A stretch of 64,000 bases of DNA from Octopus bimaculoides (GCF_001194135.2 NC_068990.1:87372502-87436501); one strand, 5' to 3'. Positions 51,721 through 64,000 are shown, counted from the stretch's first letter. The notes: generated by a model from the sequence alone, not told the origin. Program-made: numbers and translations.

Positions 51721-52271
51721 TGTTGGTGGTGGTGGTGTTGTTTTTATTATTCATGTTTTTGTTGTTGTTCTCACATCCCCTCTCCACCCCACCAAGCCAG
51801 TATAAAAACTGCCTGTCACTTGCCCGGGATCAACGTGTTTCATTGTGAAAAATTCCGTCGCCGTGAGTAGTCCTCCAGCATTTTTCTTACATTTTCATTT
51901 ACTATCTTTCCAAACGCCTTTTCTCTCGATAACCTGTCATTTATACCATTCTTACTCGCTTACTATTGTTCTAATTCTTCATGTTATTGTTGTTGTTGTT
52001 GTTACTGCGGTCGCTATTGCTCTTTGTCTCTATTATAATTTCATTCACCCCTAGCTTTGCACCATCAGAATATAAACTGAACCCAGTATTTTTATACTTA
52101 TATATTTATGTAATATCACAAATAATGAACAATAGCGTCGTTCATTATAGTGTCCACGCCCAGTCACTGGCTCACTGCATTTCTGACGAAGTCAATGACA
52201 GGAGAGTGTCTGTAACTTGATTCGGAATTAACAGCTCAAGGGACTTCGTTTGAAAAACACGATTAACACGA

Positions 52272-52350
52272 TTTTCTAGGTTTATTTATATCCAAACGAA
52301 TATTTGCATATTTTCTAGGTTTATTTATAACCAAACGAATATTTGCATAT
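52272..52350 (+). repeat. ~39-bp tandem duplication
   Basis: TTTTCTAGGTTTATTTATAWCCAAACGAATATTTGCATA x2. Confidence 0.9.
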
Positions 52351-52384
52351 TTGATTTCCTATTTATATTTTTTGCCGAAATACA

Positions 52385-52512
52385 CACACGTTCCACTCAC
52401 AAGGTCTAAAACTATGCCAGAAGACTCTTGCTCAAGGCGCCGTGCGGCGCGATTGAACCTAGATGCAACTGACTGGGAAGCGAAGCGTACTTCTCAGTTA
52501 CACACAACCATG
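52385..52512 (-). mobile_element. SINE family B head fragment
   Basis: CCACTCACAAGG...AGAAGACTCTTGCTCAAGG matches 1030-1090. Confidence 0.55.
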
Positions 52513-52757
52513 TTTTTGTTTTACTGGGCCCCAAAAGAATGACAATGTTGATCAGAGGTCGATTTGAACTTAGAACAATGATGATGATGATGAGGATGAT
52601 GATGAAGATGATGATGATGACGACGACGACGACGACGATGATGATGATGTTAATTATGTTGATGATGTTGATGATGATATGGTCACTATTGCATCACTCT
52701 AACTTGCTCAACTGCTCTGTTTCACCTATAATAATAATAATAATAATGATAATTAAT

Positions 52758-53225
52758 GCCCTGATGTAGTACCAGGCATTGGCTCGCATGACTACTGATC
52801 TTAACTGACTGGAAGTGTTATCATGTACATTGTTTTGTCTTGATATAAAGGATGGAATATAGCAAATATTCTGCTCAATACCACAGATTTGCTTGTCAGT
52901 TGTTTGACCTTAACCAGTTGAGCATGTCCCTTGGTGGCTGATGATATGTGCATCTCTGAGGAATTCTTTGAGGTTTAAATAATTCACCTCTGGAAACATG
53001 GCTGTTTCATTCAACCTTATTGAAGGACCTTTTGAGCAGGATGAGCTACTCAACCCGAAGAAAGTTCTAATTGGGCCCTACCTGCAAGGTCCACTTCTGT
53101 TTATATTGTTATGAGATCGCAGTGTCGTGCACAGATGGCTGTGATGCATGTGCTTAGAGTACACTTATAAGACGGGTAGTCATGGTGAGTATTTTGTGTC
53201 ACTTTGATGGCATGCGCTGCTCTTG
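52758..53225 (+). mobile_element. Interspersed repeat(s): family G part 52960-53225 plus adjoining 200-bp repeat-like segment
   Basis: Second copy of the 1204-1530 sequence; upstream part bounded by (ATA)n. Confidence 0.65.
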
Positions 53226-53234
53226 TAGGAGGAG

Positions 53235-53407
53235 ATTAAGTCAGTCACATCGACACCAGTCCTCAACTGGTACTTAATTTATCGATCCCCGAAAGGATCA
53301 AAGGCAAAGTCTACCTCGGCGGAATTTGAACTCGGAACTTAGCGACGGGCGAAATACAGCTAAATATTTTGCCCGGCGTGCTAACGACCCTGCCAGCCAG
53401 CCGCCTT
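53235..53407 (-). mobile_element. SINE family A
   Basis: Head and core on minus strand. Confidence 0.8.
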
Positions 53408-53924
53408 CAATAATAATAATAATAATAATAACAATAATAATAATGATGATGATGATGATGATGATAATTCCTTTTATAATTATCCAACCTCCAAGTAGGA
53501 TAAATGCATACAAAGGAGAAACGATAAAGAATTGTTAGAGATTCTGTGAAGTAACTAATTTGATATAAAGAAATAATTTGATATAAAATTTCATGTAATA
53601 ATGAGATTTCAATCCAAGATCTGAATTTCAATTTGAACATTTTCATATTTGTGGTTTCACGTGGATTAATCCGGAAAGGTTTAATTTAATAAATGAAATA
53701 ACAGAATAATCATATATACGTTTTTAAAATGTGATAGACGGAGTATAATAAAGCTTACAGTGACCCATAGGACGAGCGAAACAGACAATTATTGTATGTT
53801 TGGGCTTTATAAAATTTACGAAACGGAAAAAGAAGCTGGTTTGTTTGTTTGTTCGTTCGTTTGTGTGTGTGTGTGTGTGTGTGTAGTAATATGATAGCGG
53901 ACGAAATAGGATTCCCCGGTGTTC

Positions 53925-54160
53925 ATGCTTTGGCCTAGTGGTAAGGATGCTGCACGCATAATTGCGCGATCGTGCTTTCGATTCCCGGACTAGGTGATGC
54001 GTTGTGTTCTTGAGGAAAGCACTTCATTTCCCATCGTTTCAGTTTACACTGCAATAAAAATAAGCAACCCTGCGACCGACTGGCGTCCCGTTCAAGGGGA
54101 GGGTGTTGTGATCTCGGTGATGTCGGTTACTTATACGCCATGGAAACCAGGCAACTGGTT
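53925..54160 (+). mobile_element. tRNA-derived SINE with V-domain-like core, degenerate
   Basis: TGGCCTAGTGGTAAG A box, TTCGATTCCC B box, TGTGTTCTTGAG..AGCAC, AACCCTGCGACCGACTGGCGTCCC. Confidence 0.55.
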
Positions 54161-55141
54161 GTAGGACTCGAGGCAGTAATATCCAGGGGTTTCTTTTTTA
54201 TGCTTTTACCATCTAAACGTAAGGTTAGCAGTGTAAGTGAAATGAAATCATCTTATGATAATCTTATAATGAGGTCAACCAGGATGCAACTCTATTCCAC
54301 AAGGACGTTACATCTTATTCTTAGGTGATGGTCACTTGCCTAAACGGTCAGATCTTTTCTTTTGTAGGTTTCACACAAATCCATTGCTGACACTGTCACA
54401 GATTTAGTTGACGTATGCAAAATCAGGAAAAGTCAAGTTGACCTCCACAGGATTCGAACGCAGAATAATGAGTGACAAAACTAAGTACCTTAAAGTGAAT
54501 TTAATGAAATTAGCCACGGGCTAAATAGGAAGCTACTAAGTGGTTGTGCAACCTTCTAGAAATAGCACCCAAGTCTCTCTTACGTCGTGCTCTACCGTCT
54601 TAGAAAAGAACGAATATTTAGACTAACTTTTCTTCTTTGAGATACTGAACTTGAAAAAAATGGTTAAAGTAGGAATGCCTTCGATCATAGGTCTGTAAGA
54701 CCGGTCTTAGTCTGGAGTTGTGCAACAATAACAACAATACCATCACCAACAGCAGCAACATTGATAATGATGAGGGTATGAGCCAAGGGATACAGCAGTA
54801 GATTATGTAACTGACTGAAAGCCTAGATTTGGGATGTGAAGAAAATAAGGTTTATCTCGGAAAACTGAAAGGTTGATAAAGACCATGACAAGCTAATGAG
54901 CTGACCCAAAGTAGAAGTGAGATAGTGGTGGTATAGTTGTTGCTGTTGCTTAGCTTATGGTAAGTGACACTATTGTGTCTTTGATTCAGGCATAATGTAC
55001 CAAGGACTACGTTATACAATGCGCCTCCTGTTTATTATTTTTTTTTACATAAAAACGGTAGAATGTGATTTATGAGAGATTTGAATGCGGAGCTGAAAGA
55101 AAATGAGCTGATTCCGACGGGAAACGCAGAGAAGTAAGTTG

Positions 55142-55184
<43 letters not shown>

Positions 55185-55565
55185 NNNNNNNNNNNNNNNN
55201 NNNNNNNNNNNNNNNNNNNNNNNNNNNNNNNNNNNNNNNNNNNNNNNNNNNNNNNNNNNNNNNNNNNNNNNNNNNNNNNNNNNNNNNNNNNNNNNNNNNN
55301 NNNNNNNNNNNNNNNNNNNNNNNNNNNNNNNNNNNNNNNNNNNNNNNNNNNNNNNNNNNNNNNNNNNNNNNNNNNNNNNNNNNNNNNNNNNNNNNNNNNN
55401 NNNNNNNNNNNNNNNNNNNNNNNNNNNNNNNNNNNNNNNNNNNNNNNNNNNNNNNNNNNNNNNNNNNNNNNNNNNNNNNNNNNNNNNNNNNNNNNNNNNN
55501 NNNNNNNNNNNNNNNNNNNNNNNNNNNNNNNNNNNNNNNNNNNNNNNNNNNNNNNNNNNNNNNNN

Positions 55566-55636
<71 letters not shown>

Positions 55637-55854
55637 TGTCGTAAGAATTTAGAAACTTCAAGAGAGCGTGAAATAATTCATATTTATCTGTAGAACTCGA
55701 AGTAGATGAAGTTATAAATAATACTTTGTAAAACGATACATATATCTATACAAACACAGATCAAATTGCTTTCCTGTTTAGCTTTGTGTACTTATACAGG
55801 ACTCTGAATAAAGAACTCACTACTGACTGCAGAGTAAAAATATATGATCAGTAG

Positions 55855-55938
55855 TGGATTTAGAGCTCAGAACGTAGAGACGGACGAAATGCCATTTGGT
55901 ATTTTGCGTGCCAACGATTTTGCCAGCGCGCCGCCTTA
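55855..55938 (-). mobile_element. SINE-A head fragment
   Basis: GGCGGCGCGCTGGCAAAATCGTTGGCAC on minus. Confidence 0.55.
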
Positions 55939-57103
55939 GGATAAATGAATATTAAACCTACTATAAAAAACTTTATTTTTGTTGTTCACAATCATTCAAC
56001 CAATATTTTGTTTCCTATAATCAGGCGATTTCTATTAGATGGAATCGGAAAATACATTGATATACAACCTGAATATAATGCTATTGTAAATATTCCTGTT
56101 AATCTTGCATGCATTTACTGAGTAATAAATCATTTCTACAATTTCGTGAATCCAATAAGAGGAGTAAATACGAACTACGTGGAGCGTTAGTGGGAAAATT
56201 GAAAGCGCTGGTTTAAACGAATGAGTGGGACAAACAGTGAAATGCTGGCTCCTCTCTTATAAGAATTTATGTGGAAGGAAATAAAGGCAGATCTAGTTCA
56301 GACAATATTGAAACATATATCAGTGGTTTTCTTTGTAACAAATCCCTGATATGATGGCAATGATTACGACCATAGCGCAATCAATACAATCACAGTGTTA
56401 TGGAAAGACGCGTTATCATATTAGGGCTATAGTCCGCAGCTGAAACATTTACACCATAAGGCACGATTACCTTTGCCATGCTGTTGTCCGGGTATGATAC
56501 ATTGTATGTTAATCTAAATGACTTGCAGTGCTTTATTTTTCATTATAATTCAGTTTGTTTACATATTACAGGAATTTGTGTAGCATGAATACTCGTTCCT
56601 TGTTCACTCCCGTTGATTTTGTGCTTGAAAATGTATTCTTGGTGTATTTTGACAAATAATTGTATTAAATTACATTAATCGCTTGACGTCTAACGAAGCT
56701 AATGGCAGGGTTGTTAGATCGGCGAATAAAAGACCTTGAAGTATTTATTCCGACTCATTGCTCTCTGAGTTCAAATACCACTGAATTCAGCTTTTATTTT
56801 TATCTGTTCGTGATAAGAAAGTCACAGTAGATGCTTTTTGGTATTTGTTCTGGTTCTTGGTATTCTGATTTCAAATCTTACCATGGTCTATTTGGATATA
56901 TAAAGCTCTACGAGCTGCCTTCGTAGACGTGCAGTTTGAGCAGTCATCAACCAGAAAATTAAATAAGAGAAAATATGAGTTTATCCAAATAGTAGATGCA
57001 TTCTCTACAATAAAGTCACGTGGTGCAAAAATTCGGTGAAACCTCGCGGGATTCAAATCCATCATCATTATTTTTCTTTATCAACCTTGCTGTTACTGAG
57101 TGT

Positions 57104-57199
<96 letters not shown>

Positions 57200-58118
57200 C
57201 GCCGTTTAATATTCATAAATAGCGTTGAGTTGGTGCATAATTATTGCGGCTTCCTTTCAACAAATTTTATTCAACAAAAGCAATAACGATATTTAACAAA
57301 AACATCTTTAAATGATGGTCTGAACGTCTGCCAAGCAAATGGGTAGCAGTAATTGAAGTAGATGGTTCACTCCTACTGCATAGCAACTCCAGTCCGAAAG
57401 GACTTTCCATTTTCTTTCATTTCCAATTGCGAAGTTGTTATAAGACATTCAAATTGGTTTTTTCAAATTACAACTCATATATATAAAGATGTTTTTGGCA
57501 TAACCTATCACAAGGAGATGTTTATTAGTCAACTAAAAAGAATTATACGGCACAAATTATATCTCAACAGACGACATCATGTCAACAACATAATCTTCTT
57601 AAATATTGCTTTCACGAATATTCCAAGTTGTACGATAAAGAGGAAACCTAAAAATATCAAAATAAAAATTTAAACGGGTATATAATACGAAAATTTCTTT
57701 CTGCGTTCTCTTCTGTTCCAGTAATTTTCTCTTTACAATTGACAAATTCAATAAGCGCTGACTCATTCCTTAATTTATCCCTTTCTGCAGATTAACAGAA
57801 CGTTCTAGATTTAATGTTCTTTCAGCATGTATCAAGCTGTGCTTATGAATCGATTAGTTTCCTTCCATACGTCAACCTCCTCTGAGCATTCATTTCGGTT
57901 TCTACTAATTCTGTCCAAGAAGATTTACGATCTTGTTAGCTTCATTTGTTGCTTCTTATGATAAGTTTTATGCATGATGTATGTATGTATGTATGCTGAT
58001 GACCGGGGGAATTCTTAAATATTGTCTTTGTTAAAAATGGGTCTACCTGCTGTATACATACATAGATACATACATGCTTACATATATACATATATGCCTG
58101 TACACATATATACATGCA

Positions 58119-58184
<66 letters not shown>

Positions 58185-58188
58185 CATA

Positions 58189-58231
<43 letters not shown>

Positions 58232-58486
58232 GTATTTATTATGTATGTATGTGTATGCATTTGTGTAGGTATGACTATACATATGCAACCATACGCACAT
58301 ATACACACACACCCATACGAGTGCGAATACTCTTTCTTAAAGATAATGGGGTTTTTTTTTCAGTAATACTGGATACAATATATACTTAAATTTCTCAGCA
58401 CTGGCCTTCTTTCTTTCTCTTCACCGTTTTTACATATCCATCACTAATTGTAAGCAGTTCATCGGATGCCCACGTGGCAATAATAC

Positions 58487-58538
<52 letters not shown>

Positions 58539-58849
58539 TATCATCACCACCACTACCACCATCATCATCATCATCATCATCGCATCCTCCTCCTATTTGT
58601 TGTCCTCTTCATCATCTTACTTTATGCTTTGCGTTATATACACTTCCCTTTCCTGGCACAAGAAATAGATACAACGCGAAAGAACATGCAAAGAAATGCT
58701 GAAGCCTTACAACTTTTTTTTTTTTTTTTTTGGTGAGAATGTCTTAACATGTTTCGACCGTATCTTTATTCTTATAGTAATTTGTCAATATTCTTACACA
58801 AATGGTCGTCTATCACTCAACATGCACCAAATACGGATGGACTGATAGA

Positions 58850-59085
58850 CGCATTCCTTAACTACCTTAATGTTTTTAGTTCAGTAGTCAGGTCGGTATA
58901 ATTTCTTATATATTCAACCTGCTTCTCTTCAACATTATAATCATTTGGCATTGCAATCACGATAATTAGTATGCTACAGTAATTTTTGTCATGGAAAATG
59001 ATGTCAGCTACATTATACGCCATCACGTAGTCTCTCTGTTAAAGTTCCATAGTAGATTTTAACATTATCATTTTCTAAGAAAAGT
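58850..59085 (-). mobile_element. R4/Dong-type RLE endonuclease remnant
   Basis: Minus translation ENDNVKIYY...ADIIFHDKNYCSILIIVIAMPNDYNVEEKQVEYIRNYTDLTTELKTLR* resembles PDII...D...E-K-x-x-KY-x-x-L; next to a (TTA)n run. Confidence 0.6.
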
Positions 59086-60310
59086 AGAAGTTCATTATTA
59101 TTATTATTATTATTGCCTTTGTACAGCTTCTAACGCTGGAGATGTACTTCGATATTGAAATTGGTGGAGCAACTTTCGAAGTTCGTGCGACAAAAATATG
59201 TAATTTTGACAGCATTTGAAATTAAAACTTCATAATATATATGGTTTACTGCGAAACGAAAATGAATTTAAGAAATATTTACCAAAGAGCTAACTGGAAT
59301 TTTAGCTAGAATGAACACTAAATTATAGAATGAGCTTATTTTTACACAAAAAAATTTGTACTGTATAGTGGAATTTTATCTGTGAAACCACTATTACGAA
59401 GAGTCTGGTTATAATAATGTGAAAGGCTGTCGAATGAAGATAAGGAAAAATATGCCAATACAAAGTTTATTAAGTATGTTGGTTTCGTATTCTATTTATA
59501 TTATATAACAATTCATTTGGTTTTCTATAAGCGTGAAATTCGTATTGAAATTTAAAGTACTGCAAAAATATTTAACTACACTAACCGTCAAAAGTAATCT
59601 TTAAACTCGATTTTAAGAGAAAAACCTGTATGTGGTCTTTTCTAAATCTATCTGATCAGTGACCTTTCACATTAAGTGAGACAAACGGCCCTCATTTCTG
59701 TCGAACTACCTTGAAAGCTTCGGAATTTTTTTAACGACTGTTCAAAGCATAAATACCAGTGATTTTGTATAATTCTTGTGAACCCATGAAGTAATCCGAA
59801 TTTTCATCTCCGATCTTTTTTTTAGTTCAAAATGAGTTAACGAACATAATGGATTTAATTGCATGCATAATGATTGCGATGTAGGATTTAGCAATTAGTA
59901 CGAAATTATTACCGAAAGCTAAGGCTTTCTGTCTAGGTTCAGTTATGGAAGATAGCATCTTGTTACATCAAATTGTACAAATTGGTAATATTGTTTAGCA
60001 TTAACACCGTCGAACTACTTACGGTATTATTAACATTACATAATTTAATACAAATGATCTCACTTTGATAAAATCTTTGATGTTTTTGCTATAAATTTCC
60101 TGACACGTTTCCCAAGAGGTAATGAAACTGCATTTATGATTACAAATAAATTACATTGTGATCTTTGAATGTGATGTGAAATTTGCTTAGAGTCAAACAT
60201 TCTAAGATGTCGATTATTTTCGAGATTCTTTCTTCTATATTTCTGTTTACAATTATGAGTATACGACTATCTCTCTCTCTCTCTCTCTCTCTCTTTTACT
60301 CTCTGTCTCA

Positions 60311-60364
<54 letters not shown>

Positions 60365-60603
60365 TGATTGCTCCATCTTCACAGATTATTGCCGTCTCTG
60401 AGTTTCTTCGTCGAGGAGGAAAGATGGCAATATGCTGCATATAATTGATCTTTCATGTGACTTCAGATAGTTGACATGCATAACCTTATAGGTATACACG
60501 GCCACGCGTTTCACGTCGCCATCACTTTATGCCCTCCTTGAGATTTTGATGATGGCCAACTAATGGCTTTCTCTACAGTTTCAATGATGGAGTTTATAGC
60601 TCT

Positions 60604-60682
60604 TCTCTTTGGTACACCAGTACCTCGAAACCCACTCAGGTCTCTTTGGTACACCAGTACCTCGAAACCCACTCAGGTCTCT
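60604..60682 (+). repeat. Exact 37-bp tandem duplication
   Basis: TCTCTTTGGTACACCAGTACCTCGAAACCCACTCAGG x2 plus TCTCT. Confidence 0.95.
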
Positions 60683-61014
60683 GCAGAATGAACGTCCCAC
60701 ATAAAGCTCGGCAGCCCACTCCCACTTCCTCGCAATGTCCCTGCCATCCCCGATTTCTGCACTGCTCTGTTGACTCCTGGCATTTGCAAACCTTTTCTCG
60801 TGGGCCTACTTAATGTGACCCTACCAGAGAACAGTAAGTGTTCATATGATCTCCTATACACACGCGCGCGCACGTGTGTAATTATATTTTTTAAAAGACA
60901 AAACAATGCAATTTATAGACTAAAACAAGTTGATAGTTTTACCTTACATTTCAGTGTTTCAGGGTTAGGACTTCTTCCTCAGGAAATCTTTGGAGAACAG
61001 TTGGCATTCACTCT

Positions 61015-61095
61015 TCTCTGAAGAACGCCGGGTTACACAATCGGACTTTTACCTAACACTCTGTTGAACTCCTAGTGCGAAACCGATTGGTAAGA
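61015..61095 (+). ncRNA. Degenerate type I hammerhead ribozyme candidate
   Basis: TCT-CTGAAGA (61018-24)...GAAAC-CGATTG-GTA-AGA: near-palindromic stem III ACCGATTGGT, GUA triplet, 3-bp stem I; stem II (ACGCCGGG / CCTAGTGC) has mismatches. Confidence 0.4.
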
Positions 61096-61406
61096 TCGGC
61101 CGTAATGAATATATGTATGACTGTATGTATGTATGTATGTATGTATGTATTCATGTAAGTAATATTTGTATATGTAGTGTATACACGTATACATGCACAG
61201 TATATATATATGCTTATGTAACTATATGTGTATATACATATATGTGTTATTGTGTATCTTTTTTATAATGTGTATTCAAATTATATATTCTTTCTCTCCC
61301 ATTTTATCTTTTGGTTTCCTTTGTCTTGTCTTTCATTCTTTGCTATATCCAGTATTCGCTGTTTTTATATTAATACGCATGGGATATTAACCCGGAGTGT
61401 CTTTGT

Positions 61407-61445
<39 letters not shown>

Positions 61446-62051
61446 GCGCGTGAGTTAAATCTACTTACGATAGACACTGACGTGTTCGTTGTAGTATATA
61501 CATCTTCTCTATCAGCAATCTCTTAACGTTTATTCCTGGTTTTATATAACGAGATAAACTTTCATGTTCTTACATGTATATGTCTATGTTTGACATTTTA
61601 GTTTATTGATGTTATCTTACAAGCAACATCAACGTTGCTTTCTGCACGTATAATGTTTGCAGTATTTGTTAAATGGTTTACAGTAATAAGTAATCGGTTA
61701 GAGTACCAAATTTCACAACCATTAATCTATAACGAATTCTATCAAGAAATCTCCGCATGGAGTCAATCGATTTTTCGATTTTTCTGCTTTGTTTCAGCCT
61801 GCTGTATCATGAACTACATTATCGAATGTACTTATGCGTTTCTAAGACAGTATCATGCGATTTTAAAGGGTTCAATAACCACGTTGGGGCTTTCTCGTTG
61901 GCTTAACATCAACCTTTCAATGTATGTCCCAAAATGGATGCGTTAACTCAGCAATTCTTAGCACAACTGGTAACAATTGCATTCGAGTTTCGCTAAACAA
62001 TTTTATTATGAACTAACTCTACATTATAACTGACAATCCGACAGGGATTTA

Positions 62052-62214
62052 TAGGCGCAGGCATGGTTGTGTTAAAGAAGTTTGCTTTGCAGCCACGGCG
62101 TTTCGTGTTAGATCCCACTACGTGGGACATTGGACGAGTGTCTTTTACTATAATCCAGGGCTGACCAATGCCTGTGGAGTGAATCTGGCAAACAGAAACT
62201 GTGATAAATCTGTT

Positions 62215-62253
<39 letters not shown>

Positions 62254-62270
62254 CACACACACACACACTA

Positions 62271-62309
<39 letters not shown>

Positions 62310-62490
62310 GGCGTGTGTGTATTTATGCTGGTTTGTTTATGTACCCACAACTTAGAGGTTAGGCAAAAGTAATAAATTGAATAAATACCAAACTTAAAAT
62401 AAAAGCTTGAGTTCATTTGATTAACAGACCGTACGATGCCTTGCTCCAGCGCGGCTGCCATTCAATGACTGAAACAAGCAACAGACTAAA
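62052..62490 (+). mobile_element. SINE family B, old copy with internal (CA)/(TG) microsatellite
   Basis: Head GGCGCAGGCATGGTTGTG, internal repeats, tail AATGACTGAAACAAG. Confidence 0.7.
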
Positions 62491-63334
62491 CAGCGTCTGT
62501 TTATTGACCCCTTAAAATTAAGNNNNNNNNNNNNNNNNNNNNNNNNNNNNNNNNNNNNNNNNNNNNNNNNNNNNNNNNNNNNACATACATACATACATAC
62601 ATACATACATACATACATACATACATGCATGCATGAATACATACGTACACAGATATATAAGAATTCAGTAATAATTTTTGTCTTGTATTTACTATCTTTT
62701 ACTGTGTATTTATTACCATTTGCTCAGGTTTTGATTTGTTTGTAACCGTAGATCTAAGGAGAACTTACTGCTGTAGCTGCGGCGATATAGTTTTCTTTAA
62801 TTTGGTGATTTTTGTGTTTGTGTCTGTTTTCATTTCACCTGTCATGGCCAGGCTTGCCTTTTATATTGTTTATGGTTGATTATTCGTTGATATAATTTTG
62901 GGAGATACTTTCTGGGGTTCATAAGATGATTTTCTATTTTCATGTTATTTCTACCTTTAGATTATCCTTATTCGTAGTTTCTATCACTACCATTTCTTTT
63001 TCTTAAATCTTACCCATATTTCTTATTTGCATATTTGTTGGTCAGTAATCGGAAAGCATTCTAGATTTTGATTTTGTATTGAACTGTTTTTCAACTTGTA
63101 CTTTTTTGCACGTTAAATCTATATTTTTGTTTAATTCTGTAAACAAACTCGAATCGTTTGTTTATTCTTCTGTTCGTCATGTGTTTTTCATTAAATAACT
63201 TTTATTATTAGAATTCTCTTTAAAATTTGATATTGTTTGGGATTTCAGAAGACATTTTTAATTAGCTTCGCTCTTCTTTAACTCAAGGATACCTGAAATT
63301 TTAAACTATTATAGTTATTGCTAGTTCCTAATTA

Positions 63335-63358
63335 TTTCATTTTAAATTTGCCTTTCAG
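63335..63358 (+). promoter_or_regulatory. 3' splice acceptor upstream of NXNL-like exon (implies an upstream, probably 5'UTR, exon)
   Basis: T-rich tract then TTTGCCTTTCAG|AAAGCGTGATG; exon would start at 63359, 8 nt before the ATG. Confidence 0.75.
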
Positions 63359-63366
63359 AAAGCGTG

Positions 63367-63650
63367 ATGGCTGACATATTCAGAGGACAATCGGTCTTTC
63401 GAGGTGAATCAAAGGTCGACGTAGAATCCGCCTTGAAAAACAAGATTGTTGGCGTATATTTCAGCGCCAGCTGGTGTCCTCCTTGTCGTCAGTTTACGTT
63501 AAGACTTAAGGAAATCTATGAAGAACTTGAAGGAGATGAATTTGAAGTGGTTTTTCTACCGTTTGACCATAGCAAAGAAGATGCAATGACATATTATAAA
63601 TGTAATCATGGAAACTGGTTATATATGGAATACGGCGAAGCTTTAATTGA
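63367..63650 (+). CDS. NXNL2: Nucleoredoxin-like protein 2-like / tryparedoxin-type thioredoxin-fold oxidoreductase, first coding exon (partial gene)
   Basis: Translation MADIFRGQSVFRGESKVDVESALKNKIVGVYFSASWCPPCRQFTLRLKEIYEELEGDEFEVVFLPFDHSKEDAMTYYKCNHGNWLYMEYGEALIE has the family motifs K-x-VGVYFSA-x-WCPPC, FEVVF and HG-x-WL. ATG in good context (GTG-ATG-G). Preceded by an acceptor (TTTCAG ending 63358) and followed by donor GTAAGT (63651). Exact orthology (NXNL2 vs NXN domain) not provable by eye. Confidence 0.92.
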
Positions 63651-63656
63651 GTAAGT
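63651..63656 (+). promoter_or_regulatory. 5' splice donor GTAAGT (phase 2)
   Basis: ATT GA|GTAAGT consensus donor at the end of the thioredoxin-like reading frame; protein homology stops here. Confidence 0.85.
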
Positions 63657-64000
63657 ATGTTTTGCTGGAAACAAGGTAGTTCAGCTACTGCGCTCGTGAC
63701 ACCTATTGAATCAGAAATACGTGCCGCAGCTGTTTGCTTGTCACCAGACCATCACGTCGTTTGTTTGTTAATGGCGTGCCAGTTCTGTGAAGTCCTTAAT
63801 TTTTGTGTCACGTTTTCATGCGTGGATGGCTACAATTACAACTAAGCATTTACTTTATATGCTACTGAGGTGGAGATAATTTCAACATATCAAGAATTTA
63901 ACTTGTATATCATTTAATATAGCCTTATTAGATTTTGTTATTTATAAATACATACATACATATTATTGAATATATTAATATATATATATATATATATATA

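Larger units (their letters stand above)
60340..61095. mobile_element. Unclassified interspersed repeat, possibly Penelope-like
   Basis: GC-richer block bounded by (GT)n and (TATG)n; contains a GAAACGCGT motif (minus, ~60500), a 37-bp tandem duplication and a hammerhead-like core at 61015-61095. Confidence 0.35.

Noticed and set aside
61635-61946. 103-aa non-repetitive ORF upstream of NXNL (also 57362-57673)
   Set aside because: Non-ATG start in the first case, no recognisable domain, length compatible with chance; 57362 may be antisense to a decayed LINE.

Overview
AT-rich, gapped (many N runs) eukaryotic genomic DNA, most likely from an octopod cephalopod. That assignment is inferred from the SINE families and the very high microsatellite load. 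The window is almost entirely intronic or intergenic. The only confident host coding sequence is at the far end: one exon (ATG 63367 to splice donor after 63650, + strand) of a nucleoredoxin-like/tryparedoxin-type thioredoxin with a WCPPC active site. The gene continues beyond the window. The rest is a palimpsest of repeats. There are about 20 copies of a tRNA-derived SINE (family A, two 3' tail types, monomers, dimers and a trimer) and other SINE families (B, C, V-domain-like). Decayed LINE remnants comprise four R4/Dong-type RLE fragments, two RTE-clade elements and three CR1-group RT fragments. DNA transposon traces include a decayed mariner transposase, a hAT fragment, two MITE-like elements and a Helentron-like end. 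There are also foldback structures, two of which carry hammerhead-ribozyme-like cores typical of Penelope-like elements. Nearly all ORFs in the supplied track are microsatellite, gap or repeat artefacts. The most interesting leads are: (1) the NXNL exon ends at a phase-2 intron apparently in the same position as in vertebrate NXNL2, so retention would give an RdCVF-like short form; (2) hammerhead cores, one with compensatory stem changes and one overlapping a splice donor upstream of the gene; (3) SINE-A copies repeatedly inserted directly in front of older SINE heads with 18-nt duplications; (4) three different R4/Dong 3' ends stacked co-directionally in one triplet-repeat tract. Repeat coordinates were read by eye and are approximate unless TSD or TIR positions are given.
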